Origin: Eledone cirrhosa
Lineage: Eukaryota
Assembly: GCA_964016885.1 (NCBI GenBank)
Contig: OZ024740.1
Span: 155,372,001 to 155,436,000, forward strand
Reading direction: 5' to 3'
Length of the DNA stretch: 64,000 nt
The position numbers were made by a program, and so were the translations under genes. This document shows positions 51,003-64,000 of the stretch, one piece after another. Position 1 is the stretch's first letter. Every line of letters begins with the position of its first letter. The notes beneath the pieces were generated by a model. It was not told the DNA's origin. It did not search any database and saw only the letters and a list, made by a program, of their open reading frames with translations.

Positions 51003-51733
51003 GGTTCCACACATTTTTTGTCAATCAAAAATCAAATTTCACTTAGAAAGTCAGAAGCACGTGGTTGCAAGCATCAAACGTATTAACCACACTGGCCCAT
51101 GCCTGAACAATACATATTTTCATGTTATTAACACTTTGGGATCAACATGTTTAAGATGCTTAAAGCCTATACAACTTCGAAAGTAAACAAGGACAAAGAG
51201 CTTACATGAAACCAGTCAAGTGTAAGAGATTTAGACTGACAAAGAAGCTAGACATTAGCTCTGCAACGTTCACTTCGATTATGAAATAGGAGTACATCAA
51301 AGGGCAAAACTATTGATTTTTTCCCATCAGGATGTTTTTACTGGGTCAATAGAATCATTGATTTGACTGAAACCATTGATGATTATTACAATGCATTCAG
51401 CAAATCAATAAAATATTGTACTAAGTTTTCATGGCTCATCTTGTGAATAACCTGTTTTGTTTTTCTACAAAGTCCACAAACACTCTGGTTATAACACCCA
51501 CAAACACACAACTGAAGGTAAATAATATAATAAAACAGCAAGAATCATTATCATCATCAGCATCATCGTTTTTATATCCATTTCTCCATGCTAGCATGGA
51601 TTGGACAAAACTTTTTGAGGCAATATTCTAATGCCTTTTGATGCCAACCCCCTGATGAAGTCACAGAATATTTATATCATCACCATTCAATGTCTGGTTT
51701 CCCATCTATACATATATCAACGACTAGCATTAA

Positions 51734-51938
51734 CCCTTTAGCATTTAAATCGGTTGTATTCTGCCAGAATTCCCTCACTTTACTGTTCAAACCGGTTGCT
51801 CATACTGATGTTAAGGTATTGTTCTCAAAATAAATAATATAAAAATCTCATAGATTCAATATTACGTGAGATATGTGAGATAAAGCCTTTACCGTGAAAA
51901 TACAATAGTATATATAGAGTAATGTAAATGCTAAAGGG
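51734..51938 (-). mobile_element. piggyBac-type MITE (M1)
   Basis: TTAA flanks and TIRs. Confidence 0.87.
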
Positions 51939-54078
51939 TTAAACTAATACACAAAAGTTAATTTGTATTGTTTCGTTTTTTTTTCTTCTTCTTGTGGTCC
52001 TTTCTTTTACACACACATAATTATATATACCTATACATACAAAATATGTTTCTATACAGTTTCCAACTATTAAATTCACTCAAAAAGCATTGGTCAGCTC
52101 ATGGCTATATGAGAAGTCACTAGTCAAAGGAGCCATGTAGGACAAGAGAGGATCTCTTTTAAAGGACAGTTAAATCATATTTAACTAAAGAATGACATTC
52201 CAATATATCAACATTTTTTCTTTCATTCCTATTTTTTTTTATTGTTGTGGTTTTCTTTGTTTGAGCCAAAATGACACTAGGAATGTTTGTAGTTGTTACA
52301 GCTCATGTCTAGCTGTTACAGCTCTCATGTCTAGCTGTTACAGCTCATGTCTAGTTGTTGTTACAGCTCATGTCTACATAAATTTAATTGTCATCCTATA
52401 AGTTTGCACTCATAAGAGGTCTTTCATCTGTTTCAAGATACAAATAATAATTGTTTCTTGGCACAAGGCTAGAAACAATTAAATAATTGTTTCTACTTTT
52501 GGCACAAAGCCTGCAATTATCCCAGTGTATTACTGGTACTTTATTTTATCGACCCCATAAGGATGAAAGGCAAAGTTAACCTTGGCTGGATTTGAACTCA
52601 GAACAATCCACTAGTTATTAACATATGCACTAAACATGTTAAAGGTAGTAGCCAGATTTTTTCAAATCATACCCCACTGTCTTAAAATACAGAAGGATCC
52701 TTTAGATAATGTAGTTTTAGAGAACACCCCTAAAGAGAAGGATCGTTGAGATAATGTAGTTTTAGAGAATACCCCTAAAGAGACAGGGTGGTCATCTCCT
52801 TCATCTCACATACTAACTTCTTATAAAAGAAAACGGCAAATTAGAAAATATAGTCTTAGAAACCCATAAAAAATTTAAAAATATAAAACAGGATGATCAC
52901 AGCCAGAAAGTCTTGGATAATAAATCTGCCCAATAAGAACTGTCCTGTAGCTTAACAACAACATAACTCTGCATACCTCAGTTAGCCTGGCTGACAATAT
53001 ATCCCACTACTATTTAACAATTCATCAAATGGGCATATTAAAATTTATATGAAAGTTTAACATACACAAAGGTGAAAATTTAGATATTCTTGGAAAGCTC
53101 AATATTATTTTTGGACATCAAGCTGAAGCATATATATATATACAGTATCCCCCTACCCACCCTCTCCCTTTTAAAGAGGTTGTGTAGGTGTCACAACAAA
53201 AATCACCCAGCCTATACTGTAAAGTGGTCATGTAGGTGTCATGACAAAATGCATCCAGCCTACACTGTAAAGTGGCTGTACAGGCATCATGACAAAAAGC
53301 ACCCAGTACTCACTGTAAATGAGGTTGGCATTAGGAAGGGCATCCAGCTGTAGAAACTAAGCCCAAATCAGTTCTGTATGAGCAAGACATGGTCACCTGA
53401 CCTAGCTTTGCTCACAACAGGACAACTTGTCTAACCCATGCTAGTGTAGAGAATGGACGTAAAACGGTGATGATGATGATGATGATGATGTGATCAATCT
53501 TGGCACAGTATGACTACATATCTCAAAATTCTTAGCTTTTGAAAGAGATGATTGCAATACATTTGTAGACAATATGGCAGCCTTGTTTGGGATGTACTGA
53601 GTTGAACAGCAGGTGGCAGAATAGGAGGGATAAACCATAAGAAACATGGCTAAAAGAGATGTCGTGAGAAGTAGGTGAAGAATGTTGCGATCACTTAACC
53701 CTTAATATCCTATAATGATTTAGTAGAACATATCTAAAATTAGGCTTGTTAATTCAAATATTTATAGTGTCTTTATTACTGGACAGATTATTACAAAAAT
53801 TTGCAGTATTAAATTAAAGACCTCATATTTTAATGTGAAGCAGTCATAGTCCTGTTTTGTACTTTTAAAGATTGTCTTGCTAATGTGGTTCCATTAGTTT
53901 GTTAATTTGAATGTTTATAGTATCTTTAGTGGAGATTGTTGTAAAAATCATGCATTCCTGCAGGATTAAAAAAAAAGGATTAAAAGAAGAAAAAATAACT
54001 TCTTTACATTTGAATAGTTAACAGAAGAAAACCAGATGTAAAAATATTTGTTCCACACCAGAATCTCAATTTCCTTAA

Positions 54079-54290
54079 CCCTTTATCATTACTCTATATT
54101 TACTATTGTATTTTCATGGTAAACACTTTACCCCACATAATTATCTCAGATAATATGAAATCTATGAGATTTTGATGTTATTTATTTTGAGAACAATACC
54201 TCAACATCAGTATGAGTGGGTTACAGCCAGTTTGAACAGAAAGAGGTGAGAGACTTCTGGCTGGATATGGCCGGTTTAAATACTAAAGGG
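54079..54290 (+). mobile_element. piggyBac-type MITE (M1)
   Basis: TTAA flanks, slightly decayed TIRs. Confidence 0.83.
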
Positions 54291-56115
54291 TTAACCTGTT
54301 CTACTATTGCCAGAATGAGTGGGGGGGATTAAATCAATTTTAAAATCGCTGTAAAACAATGTAAAATTTAAAAAAAAATGAACTTTTTAGTTTTGATATC
54401 TATTTATTCTTTTACAAAATATTCTTATATATTTTCTATATTTAAGAGAATAATTAAGATGAATTGGCAACAATTTCATTGAAGAAATGTCATTATATGC
54501 TGATTCAGGAATAATAGATCTATATATGTATTCACACACACAGGCATATATATACATACACATAAGCAGTACCCCAGAATAACCACAGTCTAATCACTGA
54601 AACCAATAGAAAAAAAAGAATTAAATGTGAGTGTGCATATATATATGAGAGAGAGAGAGAGGGAGAGAGAGAGGGAGGGAGAAAGAGAGAGAAGTGGGGT
54701 TTTTAGATAATATCCATCATCACTGATTTTTATTCTCATTTTTCCATACCAAGATATAGGTTAGATATGTGTGCAGGAGAAAAGCCAGACTATATATATA
54801 TAGAGAGAGAACAGCTGTTTACCAGGTGTCTCTCTATTCAGTTCCTAATCTGGTGAATGACTAGAAATGCAACCCTTAGTCAGCTGAACAGTGAATTAGC
54901 TGTATATTACATTATAGGAGCTAACCAAACATTTAGTAGGAAGTGTCTATGAGGTTACTCAATCAACATAAAATAGCAGTTGAATTACACTCTATCCGCT
55001 GAAATGTCACTTGGTTGCCTTTAACTGAGTTCACTGTATAGCAAGCATTGGTGGTGAATTGGTAAAGTTATTAAAGTGTTAAATTAAAGTGAGCTCCTCT
55101 AATGGTTCACAGGTATCACCTAGACTGTAGTGTTAAAACTAGGTACTATATGACCTAATCTATTTAAGTTTCAAGGAAGTCATGCCCTTTTCCACAGGCA
55201 GTAAATTTGCAGAGTCATTAGAACATCACATTTAAATGTCTTGTGGTATTTCTTCCACTTCGCTACTCTGCTATGGCCAAGTTTGCTTTTCATCTATTTG
55301 AGGTCAATAAATAAAGTACCTGTTCAGGGCTGTGGATTGACAAAATTATTCAACCAATCAATAAGGTGCCTTGCAGTATCTCTGCCAGTTCTGTGTGATC
55401 TGTTAAATCCTGTCTCCTGTCACTGGAAAAATGGTGACATGAAATAACAGGGGCTTCTATCATTAACCCCCCCCCCCCCCACACACACACACACCTTCTA
55501 TGAGATGCAACCTCATATATGCAGGGAAATATATTTGAACCTTCCATTTTATGTTATTACAAGCTTCACAATGATGGATCAATAATAAATAAAAGAATAG
55601 AAATCATACTGTGGAGACGAATTCAAAATGTGGTGATACATCATTATTGGGTTGTCTATGGTAAAAAGAAAAAGAAAAATGTCCTATTGATTTATATGAC
55701 CATAGCTTATGGATGTCATATTAACATTTGGCTATAAATCTTTTATTCTTTCAGTCATTGAGCACACATTTACTTCAGGGCTACAGTCAATTACAATCAT
55801 ACTATAAGAGTATATCACTATTACTTATTTAAAAAAAATTTAATCTCAGAAGGATGGAGACAAATTTAGCCTGGGAGGGATTTGAATTCAGAACCTAAAA
55901 GGACATAACCAAATACACTCCAAAGTAGTTTGTCCAACACTACCAATTCTTCCATCAATTATTTATAGATAATAAACACTTTCTGATAACAAAAACTACA
56001 ATTATCATCTGCTTGAATCCAGCAGCAGACCTACAATCTTTATAGCAAAACTGACATGAATACACTACAGACCTTTCAAAGAAGACACCAACATAATTGG
56101 TCCCAAACTGCTGAT

Positions 56116-56150
<35 letters not shown>

Positions 56151-56154
<4 letters not shown>

Positions 56155-56535
56155 TCATTTTATGTTTGCTTTTCCATGTTTGCATGGGTTCAGTACAGCA
56201 TCTCTTCACAAGTCATGATCTTTTGTCATCTTTTCCGTGAGCTTCAGCAATTTCGGATCAGCTCTCACCACATCTGTCTAGGTCATACTTGATCTTCCTC
56301 CACTGAGATTTCTTGGGACCCCCCCCCCCCCCCCTTCCGTGATTATCATGCATGCGTATCACATGCCTATACCGGTGTAGTCTTCTCTCTTGCACACAAC
56401 ATCTTATTCCTCTTGTACCCAGTCTTTTTCATAGTTCGTCCATGCTTTGTCATTCATGAACATTAACATTGCACATCCATCATACCGTGCACACTTCATT
56501 TGTCTCCAGCCTTCACATATTGCACACATCTCTCT
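56151..56535 (-). mobile_element. Older RTE LINE 3' fragment
   Basis: Decayed reverse-strand homolog of the RTE C-terminus and tail. Confidence 0.72.
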
Positions 56536-57017
56536 CTACACACATACAAACACATTATATATATATATATAAATTATCATCATCATCATCATTACTATCA
56601 TTTAATGTCAGTTTTCTCTGCTAGCAAGAATTGGATGGGTTGCTGCAGACTGATCAGTACACAAGCAGAGCTACTGCCCTCTGAAATGAGCCAGGGGTTT
56701 GCATCTTGCTTACATACATTCCCATACTCTATCAATTGATCTGATGGACTGGGGATCCACACCTCACTTTAAATATTATCAACACCATATTTAAATTATA
56801 TTGTTTTATAATTTTGTATCAGGTATAGCTTAACTGACTTGGCAGAGTTAATTGAGCATAGGGCAAAGTGTCTTGCAGTATTAGTTATAGTTCTCTGCTC
56901 ACTGCATTAAAATCCTGCTGGAGTCAACTATGCTTTTCAACACTTTGGCAGTCAATAAAATGAATTTCATGTACAGGGTAGTGGATGGCAGAATAGTTAG
57001 AGTGCTGGATTAATTAA

Positions 57018-57211
57018 CGCTTTAGCATTTACATTACTCTGTATTTATTATTATATTTTCATGGTAAAGGCTTTATCTCACATAATTATCTCACATTATT
57101 TATTTTGAGAACAATACCTAAACATTGGTATGAGAGACCGGTTATAGACAGTTTGAATAGAAAGAGATGAGAAAATTCTGGCCAGATATTGCCGGTTTAA
57201 ATGCTAAAGGG
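57018..57211 (+). mobile_element. piggyBac-type MITE (M1)
   Basis: TTAA flanks, TIRs, small internal deletion. Confidence 0.83.
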
Positions 57212-57746
57212 TTAATCCATCACAACTTGGTCTTTGAGTGGTTTGCTATGTAGCAAGCATTCAGAACAGGTAGGACTCACATTTAAGAATGCTATCATTC
57301 TCCCCATCAATCTTGACATCCCTGAAAAGAGTCATGAGCACTGTCCTTCCTCCTGACTAGGACAAAAAAAAAACCAAACCAAAAAAAAAAAAACGAAAAT
57401 ACACTCTCTGCTGCAAGCAGTCAAACTAGGTCTCTCTAGTATGCAGTTAACTCCCCGTCTTCCTATTGACATAACCATTAATGTGTTTCATCTCCCAAAC
57501 TCCGTAATTACTATATCATCCATGACTATAACACTTCATTAAGGTGGAGGGTTCGCTTTCTAGATTATATTTTTTTCCTGGAAACATTGAGACTTATGGT
57601 GAATGTTCAAGATGCACACTACATTGACCACCAGACATGCTAACCTGGGAGTAGGGATCTTGGATTGGTTATGTGCACTGCACCTTCTTCCCCTGATAAC
57701 TTTATGAACAAACTATATAAGAAAAATCTGCTTGTAATAAATTATA

Positions 57747-57788
<42 letters not shown>

Positions 57789-58298
57789 CACAAAGATCAA
57801 CATTACATAACAAAAAATATACAAAACAAAACAGACTGAGAGAAAGAATGTGAGATGGAGAGAGAGATAGAAAGATAAAGAAAGAGGCAGACAACTAGAG
57901 AAAAAGGAAGATCGACAGCATACCTAATATATGAGAGCAGAAGTAGAGCAAGCAATATGTGTTATGAATTATTAATGAGCTCCTAGGGATAAGCATAAAG
58001 CTGGAGATTTCATTATTCTTATGTATGCGTGTGTTTAAACATAAAACTACGTACAGGCATATATACACATAAATACACTCTTATGTTCATGGCTTGTTTA
58101 ATTTCACTATTCAAACTTTTGCAAACATATTTTAATGACTGCTGTTCTTTATATGTTAAGATTCCTATTTAGTTTTGTGTATGTGTGTGTGTGTGCACAT
58201 ACATGAGATATATAGACAGACAGACAGTGTTTATATGTGTCTCATTCTTACCCTCATCTTGCTATTTTCTACATTAATCTGCTTATATAACTGCAGGC

Positions 58299-58339
<41 letters not shown>

Positions 58340-58428
58340 GAAGTTCTATTTAAATTGTTGGGATACAACAAGCAAATATTTTTATAACTGATATAAAGCA
58401 CTCAACAAATTATTGGATTAAAAATGCA

Positions 58429-58784
58429 ATATATTAACAAATGGAAACTATATTTATAAAACCATATTTATTTCATTATACATATTTCAAGGACACCAAG
58501 TTAAATTATGGTGTGCTTTCATCAGATAAAATATAATATAGAGCAGTTTTATAAATAAATATTGACATACCCTTAAAGAATGCGACCATTTCTGTTGGAA
58601 GCTCCCGGGAGCTTCCAACAGAAATGGTCGCATTCTTTAAGGGTATGTCAATATTTATTTATAAAACTGCTCTATATTATATTTTATCTGATGAAAGCAC
58701 ACCATAATTTAACTTGGTGTCCTTGAAATATGTATAATGAAATAAATATGGTTTTATAAATATAGTTTCCATTTGTTAATATAT
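58429..58784. repeat. 356-bp spacerless palindrome; each arm carries an outward-facing hammerhead-like motif
   Basis: Centre GCTCCC|GGGAGC at 58606/58607; arms complementary as read by eye; CTGATGA-AAG..ACACCA...TGGTGT..CTT-GAAA-TATG-TA at 58688-58734. Confidence 0.9.
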
Positions 58785-58989
58785 CATATATATATATATA
58801 TTCGACCAACTGGGTGAAACGTATGTAGGTGCTGTTTTAAATAAACATGTTTTAATGGTCTATTCTGCGATTTTTTACTTTCCCACGTATATATATATAT
58901 AGTAATAATAATAAATTTGAAGACTAAAATCCAAAGAGGGCTCGATAAGGATAAATATATATCAAATATATAAGAACCGTAGAGCAAAT

Positions 58990-60557
58990 ATTTATTAAAA
59001 TAACAGATTAAAATTTAAGCAAAGAATCGCTGCTTTCACCCTTAACAGGATCTTCTGAAACTAACAAAGTCAATCTGTAAACGCAGAAGTGGATATTTCA
59101 AAAAACGTTGCAACCGGAGGAAGACAGGAAGACGATACTTTGGTTCGTGGAAACGTTCCCTGGCAAAGAATGGGAAAAAACGAATATAATACGTCATTAA
59201 TAGGAGCGGTGAAAAACAATTACGCGCAAAGACAGAACCACGTTTATGGTATAAAAGAGGTCGTAGACTAATGTCCTCTTAGATGGTTCATAGAGACGTT
59301 CTCTGGCAATGAACGGAAAAAACGAAGATAATACGTCATATGTGGAGCGTGGAGAACAATTGCACGCAAAGACAAAACCACGTAAATGGTATAGCAGAAG
59401 TCGTAGACTAAAATTCTAACTAGGAGACCGAATGAATCTCTGCTTCAGAGTTAAGAATAAAGTAAATAAATACAATGCAGAGGTAATAGAAATTAAATAA
59501 ATACATACACGCATACAAATACGTACATACACAAGGATACGCGAAACATAGGTATACAAAACCACACACATATAAATATGTGTGTGTGCGTGTATACAAA
59601 TAAATAAATAATTAAATAAACGTATATAAATAAATAAATACGTATATAACAAGCGCACACACATACCTACATGTAAATACACAAATGTTTGGAGACGTAA
59701 GTTAACCAAAACATGAAGTACACATATACACACACCCTACATACGTACAAACCTGCATACTCACACATGCAAAACTCCCGTAAACTTCATTGTAATAAGT
59801 GGAATGGTCGTTGAAAATATGCTCGTTAGTAGATAGACGGGAAAGCCTCAACAAAACGTTTCTTACCAGGTTCTTGGTTATGCTGGCAGGATGGTTGGAA
59901 AGCTTACTTATGTAATTAAGCGTATCATTCAGCTTTCTATACGTGTAATACAACCCATTCGATAAATTGAGGGTAAGGTCGAGGTAATTAACGACCGAGA
60001 GATTGGCCTCAACCTGTATAGAGAGATTGAAGCCTTTAAAGAAAGCTGTGAGTTCTTTTCTGAAGCTGTCGCAAGCACGAGGTCCGCACTTAGTCATGGT
60101 CAAAAGACCATCATCACGGTCTCCTAGTTAGAATTTTAGTCTACGACTTCTGCTATACCATTTACGTGGTTTTGTCTTTGCGTCCAATTGTTCTCCAAGT
60201 TCCATATATGACGTATTATCTTCGTTTTTTCCGTTCATTGCCAGAGAACGTCTCTATGAACCATCTAAGAGAACATTAGTCTACGACCTCTTTTATACCA
60301 TAAACGTGGTTCTGTCTTTGCGCGTAATTGTTTTTCACCGCTCCTATTAATGACGTATTATATTCGTTTTTTCCCGTTCTTTGCCAGGGAATGTTTCCAC
60401 GAACCAAAGTATCGTCTTCCTGTCTTCCTCCGGTTGCAACATTTTTTAAAATATCCACTTCTGCGTTTACAGATTGACTTTGTTAGTTTCAGAAGATCCC
60501 ATTAAGAGTGAAAGCAGCGATTCTTTGCTTAAACTTTAATCTGTTATTTTAATAAAT
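58990..60557 (-). mobile_element. Internally deleted Penelope-like element (Naiad-like RT fragment) bracketed by ~440-bp inverted pLTRs
   Basis: 58990-59430 is the reverse complement of 60117-60557 (few mismatches); each arm has an internal ~140-bp duplication and a decayed CAGAAGA...GAAA motif. Confidence 0.82.
59785..60119 (-). pseudogene. PLE reverse transcriptase fragment (catalytic RDDG motif to thumb)
   Basis: RDDGLL...GP...D..RK.L...FK...VNYLDLTLNL..G.Y..YRK.ND...YI...SNHP...RLS.LS is the PLE RT/thumb pattern; RDDGL fits the Naiad clade. Confidence 0.85.
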
Positions 60558-60558
60558 A

Positions 60559-60612
<54 letters not shown>

Positions 60613-60991
60613 TCAGGTGACTGTGTCTTGCTCATACAGAACTGGTTCTGGCTTGGTTTCTACCACTGGATACCCTTCCTAATGCCAATCACATTTAGTG
60701 TGTACTGGGTGCTTTTTGTCATGACACCTACACAACCACTTTATAGTATGAGCTGGGGATTAGGGAGGTAGATATAGGGACATGAGTGAGGGTGGGGTGT
60801 TAGGGTATGGGTGGTGTGTAAGGACATAAGAGGAGAAGGTGCATACTAGATGTATGTTGTTTCAAACTGTGCATGGGGGAAGATGGATCTTCTTTATTAC
60901 TGCATAACACCAAGATTTTGGTCCTGTGTCATCGCCTTTGAGAGGTGCAATTATGCAAGATCAGCTTTTATCACCTCATCCCATGTCTTCC

Positions 60992-61038
<47 letters not shown>

Positions 61039-62500
61039 CGAAGGAGGTGTGGTAAGGAACCAGATGGACCATAACGCACCAGAGAACTCAATACCTAGGG
61101 TAGTAGAGTGGGTAATAGGGAAATGTTTGACCCCAATGGCTTGGGCTCTGCCGTCGGGGTCAAACATTTCCCTATATATACATATGGAGACAGAGAGAGA
61201 GGGATGAAGAGAGGGGATAGATGAATAGAAACATGAATAGTAAGAAATTTTTGAAAGATAACTAATGTTGATAGTCATGATAATAATCAAGAAAATTAAT
61301 CAAATAAATTTTTTCTAAAAAGAAAAACATGTCTAGTTACATACATATGTTGTTTAAGGATTTCCATGTCAACAGACTGTAAAATAATTTAGTGGGTGTG
61401 GCTAGTGGATAAAAAATAGTAAGATGATAGATTGGATAAGAGAGGATTTGGAAATGCTATGAGCACTGCCTCTCTACATGTGTATGTGTGTGTATGTGAA
61501 GACAAGTGACCTAGTGGTTAGGATGTTTGGCTCATGTGTTTGATTCATGGTAGCAAGTAGTGTCCTTGAGCAAGACATTTATTTCAAGTTGATTCAGTCC
61601 ATTCAACTGGCAAAAATTACTTTTATCTATAATTCAAAGGGCCAGCTCTGTCACAGTGCCATGTTCAGCCACTTGCATGTTAATTTCACAAGCAGGCTAT
61701 GCCATTGATCAAACAACTAGAACAGTTGTCACCAGAACCATCATTGTTTTTATGGCTACTTTTCCATGCTCACATGGGTTGGATGAGCTATTTTGAGACA
61801 CACAGACACACTCATACCCCCCCCCCCCCCCCATTTTACATATCAAAGTTAGCTTGGCGCAAGTAATTGGAATTGAAAAGTTATACATACAGGTAGTAAA
61901 TTCAAAAATTCTAATCATCCTAAAGCTAAAAGGCTTATCTGAGGGTACAAATAAATTTGTATGGCTGTTGGTACCTCCTGGTGGTACCTCCCACTGCAGG
62001 GGCCCTGGGACAATTGCTACCTTTGCCCCCCATTAAATCTAGTCACAGACACACATACACACACACAAACACATATATAATTAAACACATACAGATTTAT
62101 ATACATACATATATATACAGACACACACAACATATATACACATACATATATTTACAGGGTTTGTTGTCTCTTAGAATATATATATATAAATATAATAAGG
62201 ATTGGTAAAACAATGAGAAAGGAATGCAAGTATCAATTGACATGGAATGATCCAATTTATTTATGTGTACAAGAAAACCAGGATTTGAAAGTCTGTGAAA
62301 TATTGTAATTGTATTGTGATAAATCAATTTGAGTTTCTTCCAGCTTATTGTCACACTGACATTTGTTGCTTGAAGAAATGCACCAAAACATTGTGGTTAA
62401 ACTATCATCCTGGATATAACAGACAATCAGTCAGGTCATCTGTTCTCACGGCTGTTGGCTGTCACTCCAAAAATATTTTTCATTATTTACATTTCTCATG

Positions 62501-62690
62501 GGCGGTGGATTGGCAGTATCGGTAGAGGGTCGGACGGCATGCTTTCCAGCATAGTTACGTCCCTTTACGATCTGAGTTCAAATCCCGCCGAGGTTGACTT
62601 TGCCTTTCATCCTTACGGGGTCGATAAAATAAAAGTACCAGTAATGCACTGGGTAATTGCTGGCCTTGTGCCTAAAGTAGAAACAATTAT
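62501..62690 (+). mobile_element. tRNA-derived SINE S1 with Nin/Deu-like domain, young copy
   Basis: TGGCAGTATCGG A-box, GAGTTCAAATCCC B-box, GCCTTTCATCCTTACGGGGTCGATAAAATAAAAGTACCAG domain, AT-rich tail; further copies at 14.6, 22.9, 23.5, 25.0, 28.0, 52.5 and 62.7 kb. Confidence 0.85.
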
Positions 62691-63180
62691 CTACATTTCT
62701 CATTATACTTATTTATATATACATATATAGGCAGTGAATTGGCAGAGTCGTTAGAATGTTGGATAGAATGCTTTATGATATTCGTTCTGGCTCTCTGAGT
62801 TCAAATCCCGCCGAGGTCAACTTTGCATTTCATCCTTTCAAGTTCCATAAAAAAAGAAGTACAAGTCTAATACTGGGGTGGATTCTTCCGCTATATCTCT
62901 TTCTAGTTTTTCTCTCCCTCACTTTCTATCTTTCTCTGGAAGAAATCTGCTGGCCTGGAGAGGAATGGTCTCTGCCAGGCTTAGAATGCTCAAGAAATGC
63001 TGTATGTCAATACGACACCCCTATGACTATATCAAGAGTTACAGGACCATACAAACACATACACACACATATACATATATATATATATCATGATCAACGT
63101 TTAACATCCATTTTTCATGCTAGCATGGGTTAGACAAGTTGTCCCATTAGAGGCAAGTTGGGTTAGGTGACCATCTTTTG

Positions 63181-64000
63181 TTCATCATCATCAACGTTTA
63201 ACGTCCGTGTTCCACGCTTGCATGGGTTTGGACGGGGGTTTTCCCACTTGAGGCAAGAGTGATTTGCTCGCATAGGACTGTCTGGCGAGTTTTCTACAGC
63301 TGGATGCCCTTCCTAACACCAACCACATTTACAGTGTGGGGCGGGGAGGTTTTTACCGTGTTGCCTACACGGCCACATTACAGCGTGGACTGTCTGGCGG
63401 GTTTTCTACAGCTGGATGCCCTTCCTAACACCAACCACATTTACAGTGTGGAGCTGGGAGGTTTTTACCGTGTTGCCTACACGGCCACATTACAGCGTGG
63501 ACTGTGTGTTTTTTGTCGTGACACCTACACGATCTCATTTGTTTCGGCCTGGATGTTGTGGCACCAACATAACTTTACATTGAAAGGAGCGGTGTGGATG
63601 GGGTGGGGGTGGTGGGACGGGCTGTGTTTTGTTAGAGATGCCTACTGACTGTAGTAGGTTTTACTTTGTATTTAGGTAAGGCGTGTTTTCTCTATTACTG
63701 AGTACCGCCAAAGGTCTCGGTCCAGTGACATTGTCTTGGAAAGGTGTAAGCGCGTGAGGTCGGAATTTATCATGTCGTCCCAGGTTTTTCTGGGTCTGCC
63801 TACTCCGTGGCTACCGTCTATCTTTATAGCCCTGCACTTTGTTATACAGCTGTCGTCTTTCATGCGCATCACGTGACCATACCAACGTAGCCTTCTCTAG
63901 AGTAAACAACATCTGATCCCTCTTATTTCTAATTTTTTCCTTAGTTCGTTTATGCTTAGCCGTTCACGTATATTACTATTATACATCCAGCGGAGCATGC
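63181..64000 (-). mobile_element. RTE LINE 3' end (continues beyond the window) with ~112-bp tandem duplication in the 3' UTR
   Basis: Encodes ...[15 protein letters not shown]...IEKTRLT*; segment about 63277-63388 repeats at about 63388-63500. Confidence 0.93.

Noticed and set aside
52290-53310. Short tandem repeats (about 20-bp x4 at 52290, about 45-bp x2 at 52695, about 44-bp x3 at 53180) as CRISPR-like arrays
   Set aside because: No unique spacers, eukaryotic context; local slippage duplications, partly of SINE/RTE tail.
57281-57321. Possible 41-nt minus-strand exon near here (DVKIDGENDSILK)
   Set aside because: Lies in sequence similar to a dispersed repeat at 26385-26495; too little support.

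Overview
AT-rich eukaryotic (animal) DNA made almost entirely of transposable elements and microsatellites. The repeat mix suggests a cephalopod such as Octopus, which is an inference. There is no convincing multi-exon host gene; one candidate exon lies at 23338-23406. Main contents: (1) an RTE-clade LINE with an intact 1089-aa ORF (APE endonuclease, RT, and a PHD finger inserted in the RT C-terminal region) plus many 3' fragments; (2) three L1/Tx1-clade LINEs head-to-tail in (GATA/GGTA)n microsatellite at 30-44 kb; (3) many Penelope-like element (PLE) remnants and retrozyme-like units carrying minimal type I hammerhead ribozymes, mostly as fold-back structures with 3' ends facing outward into (TA)n; (4) tRNA-derived SINEs, a CR1 fragment and TTAA-flanked piggyBac-type MITEs. 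The most striking signal is in the Tx1-like LINEs. All three copies keep a 67-68 nt GT-AG intron-like segment near the 5' end, followed directly by a 40-nt hairpin, even where the primary sequence is unrelated. The one copy that still has the ORF1/ORF2 boundary has a strong splice donor overlapping the ORF1 stop and a strong acceptor 7 nt before the ORF2 ATG. This suggests a LINE that may express ORF1 and ORF2 by alternative splicing while transposing unspliced RNA (hypothesis, needs RNA-seq).
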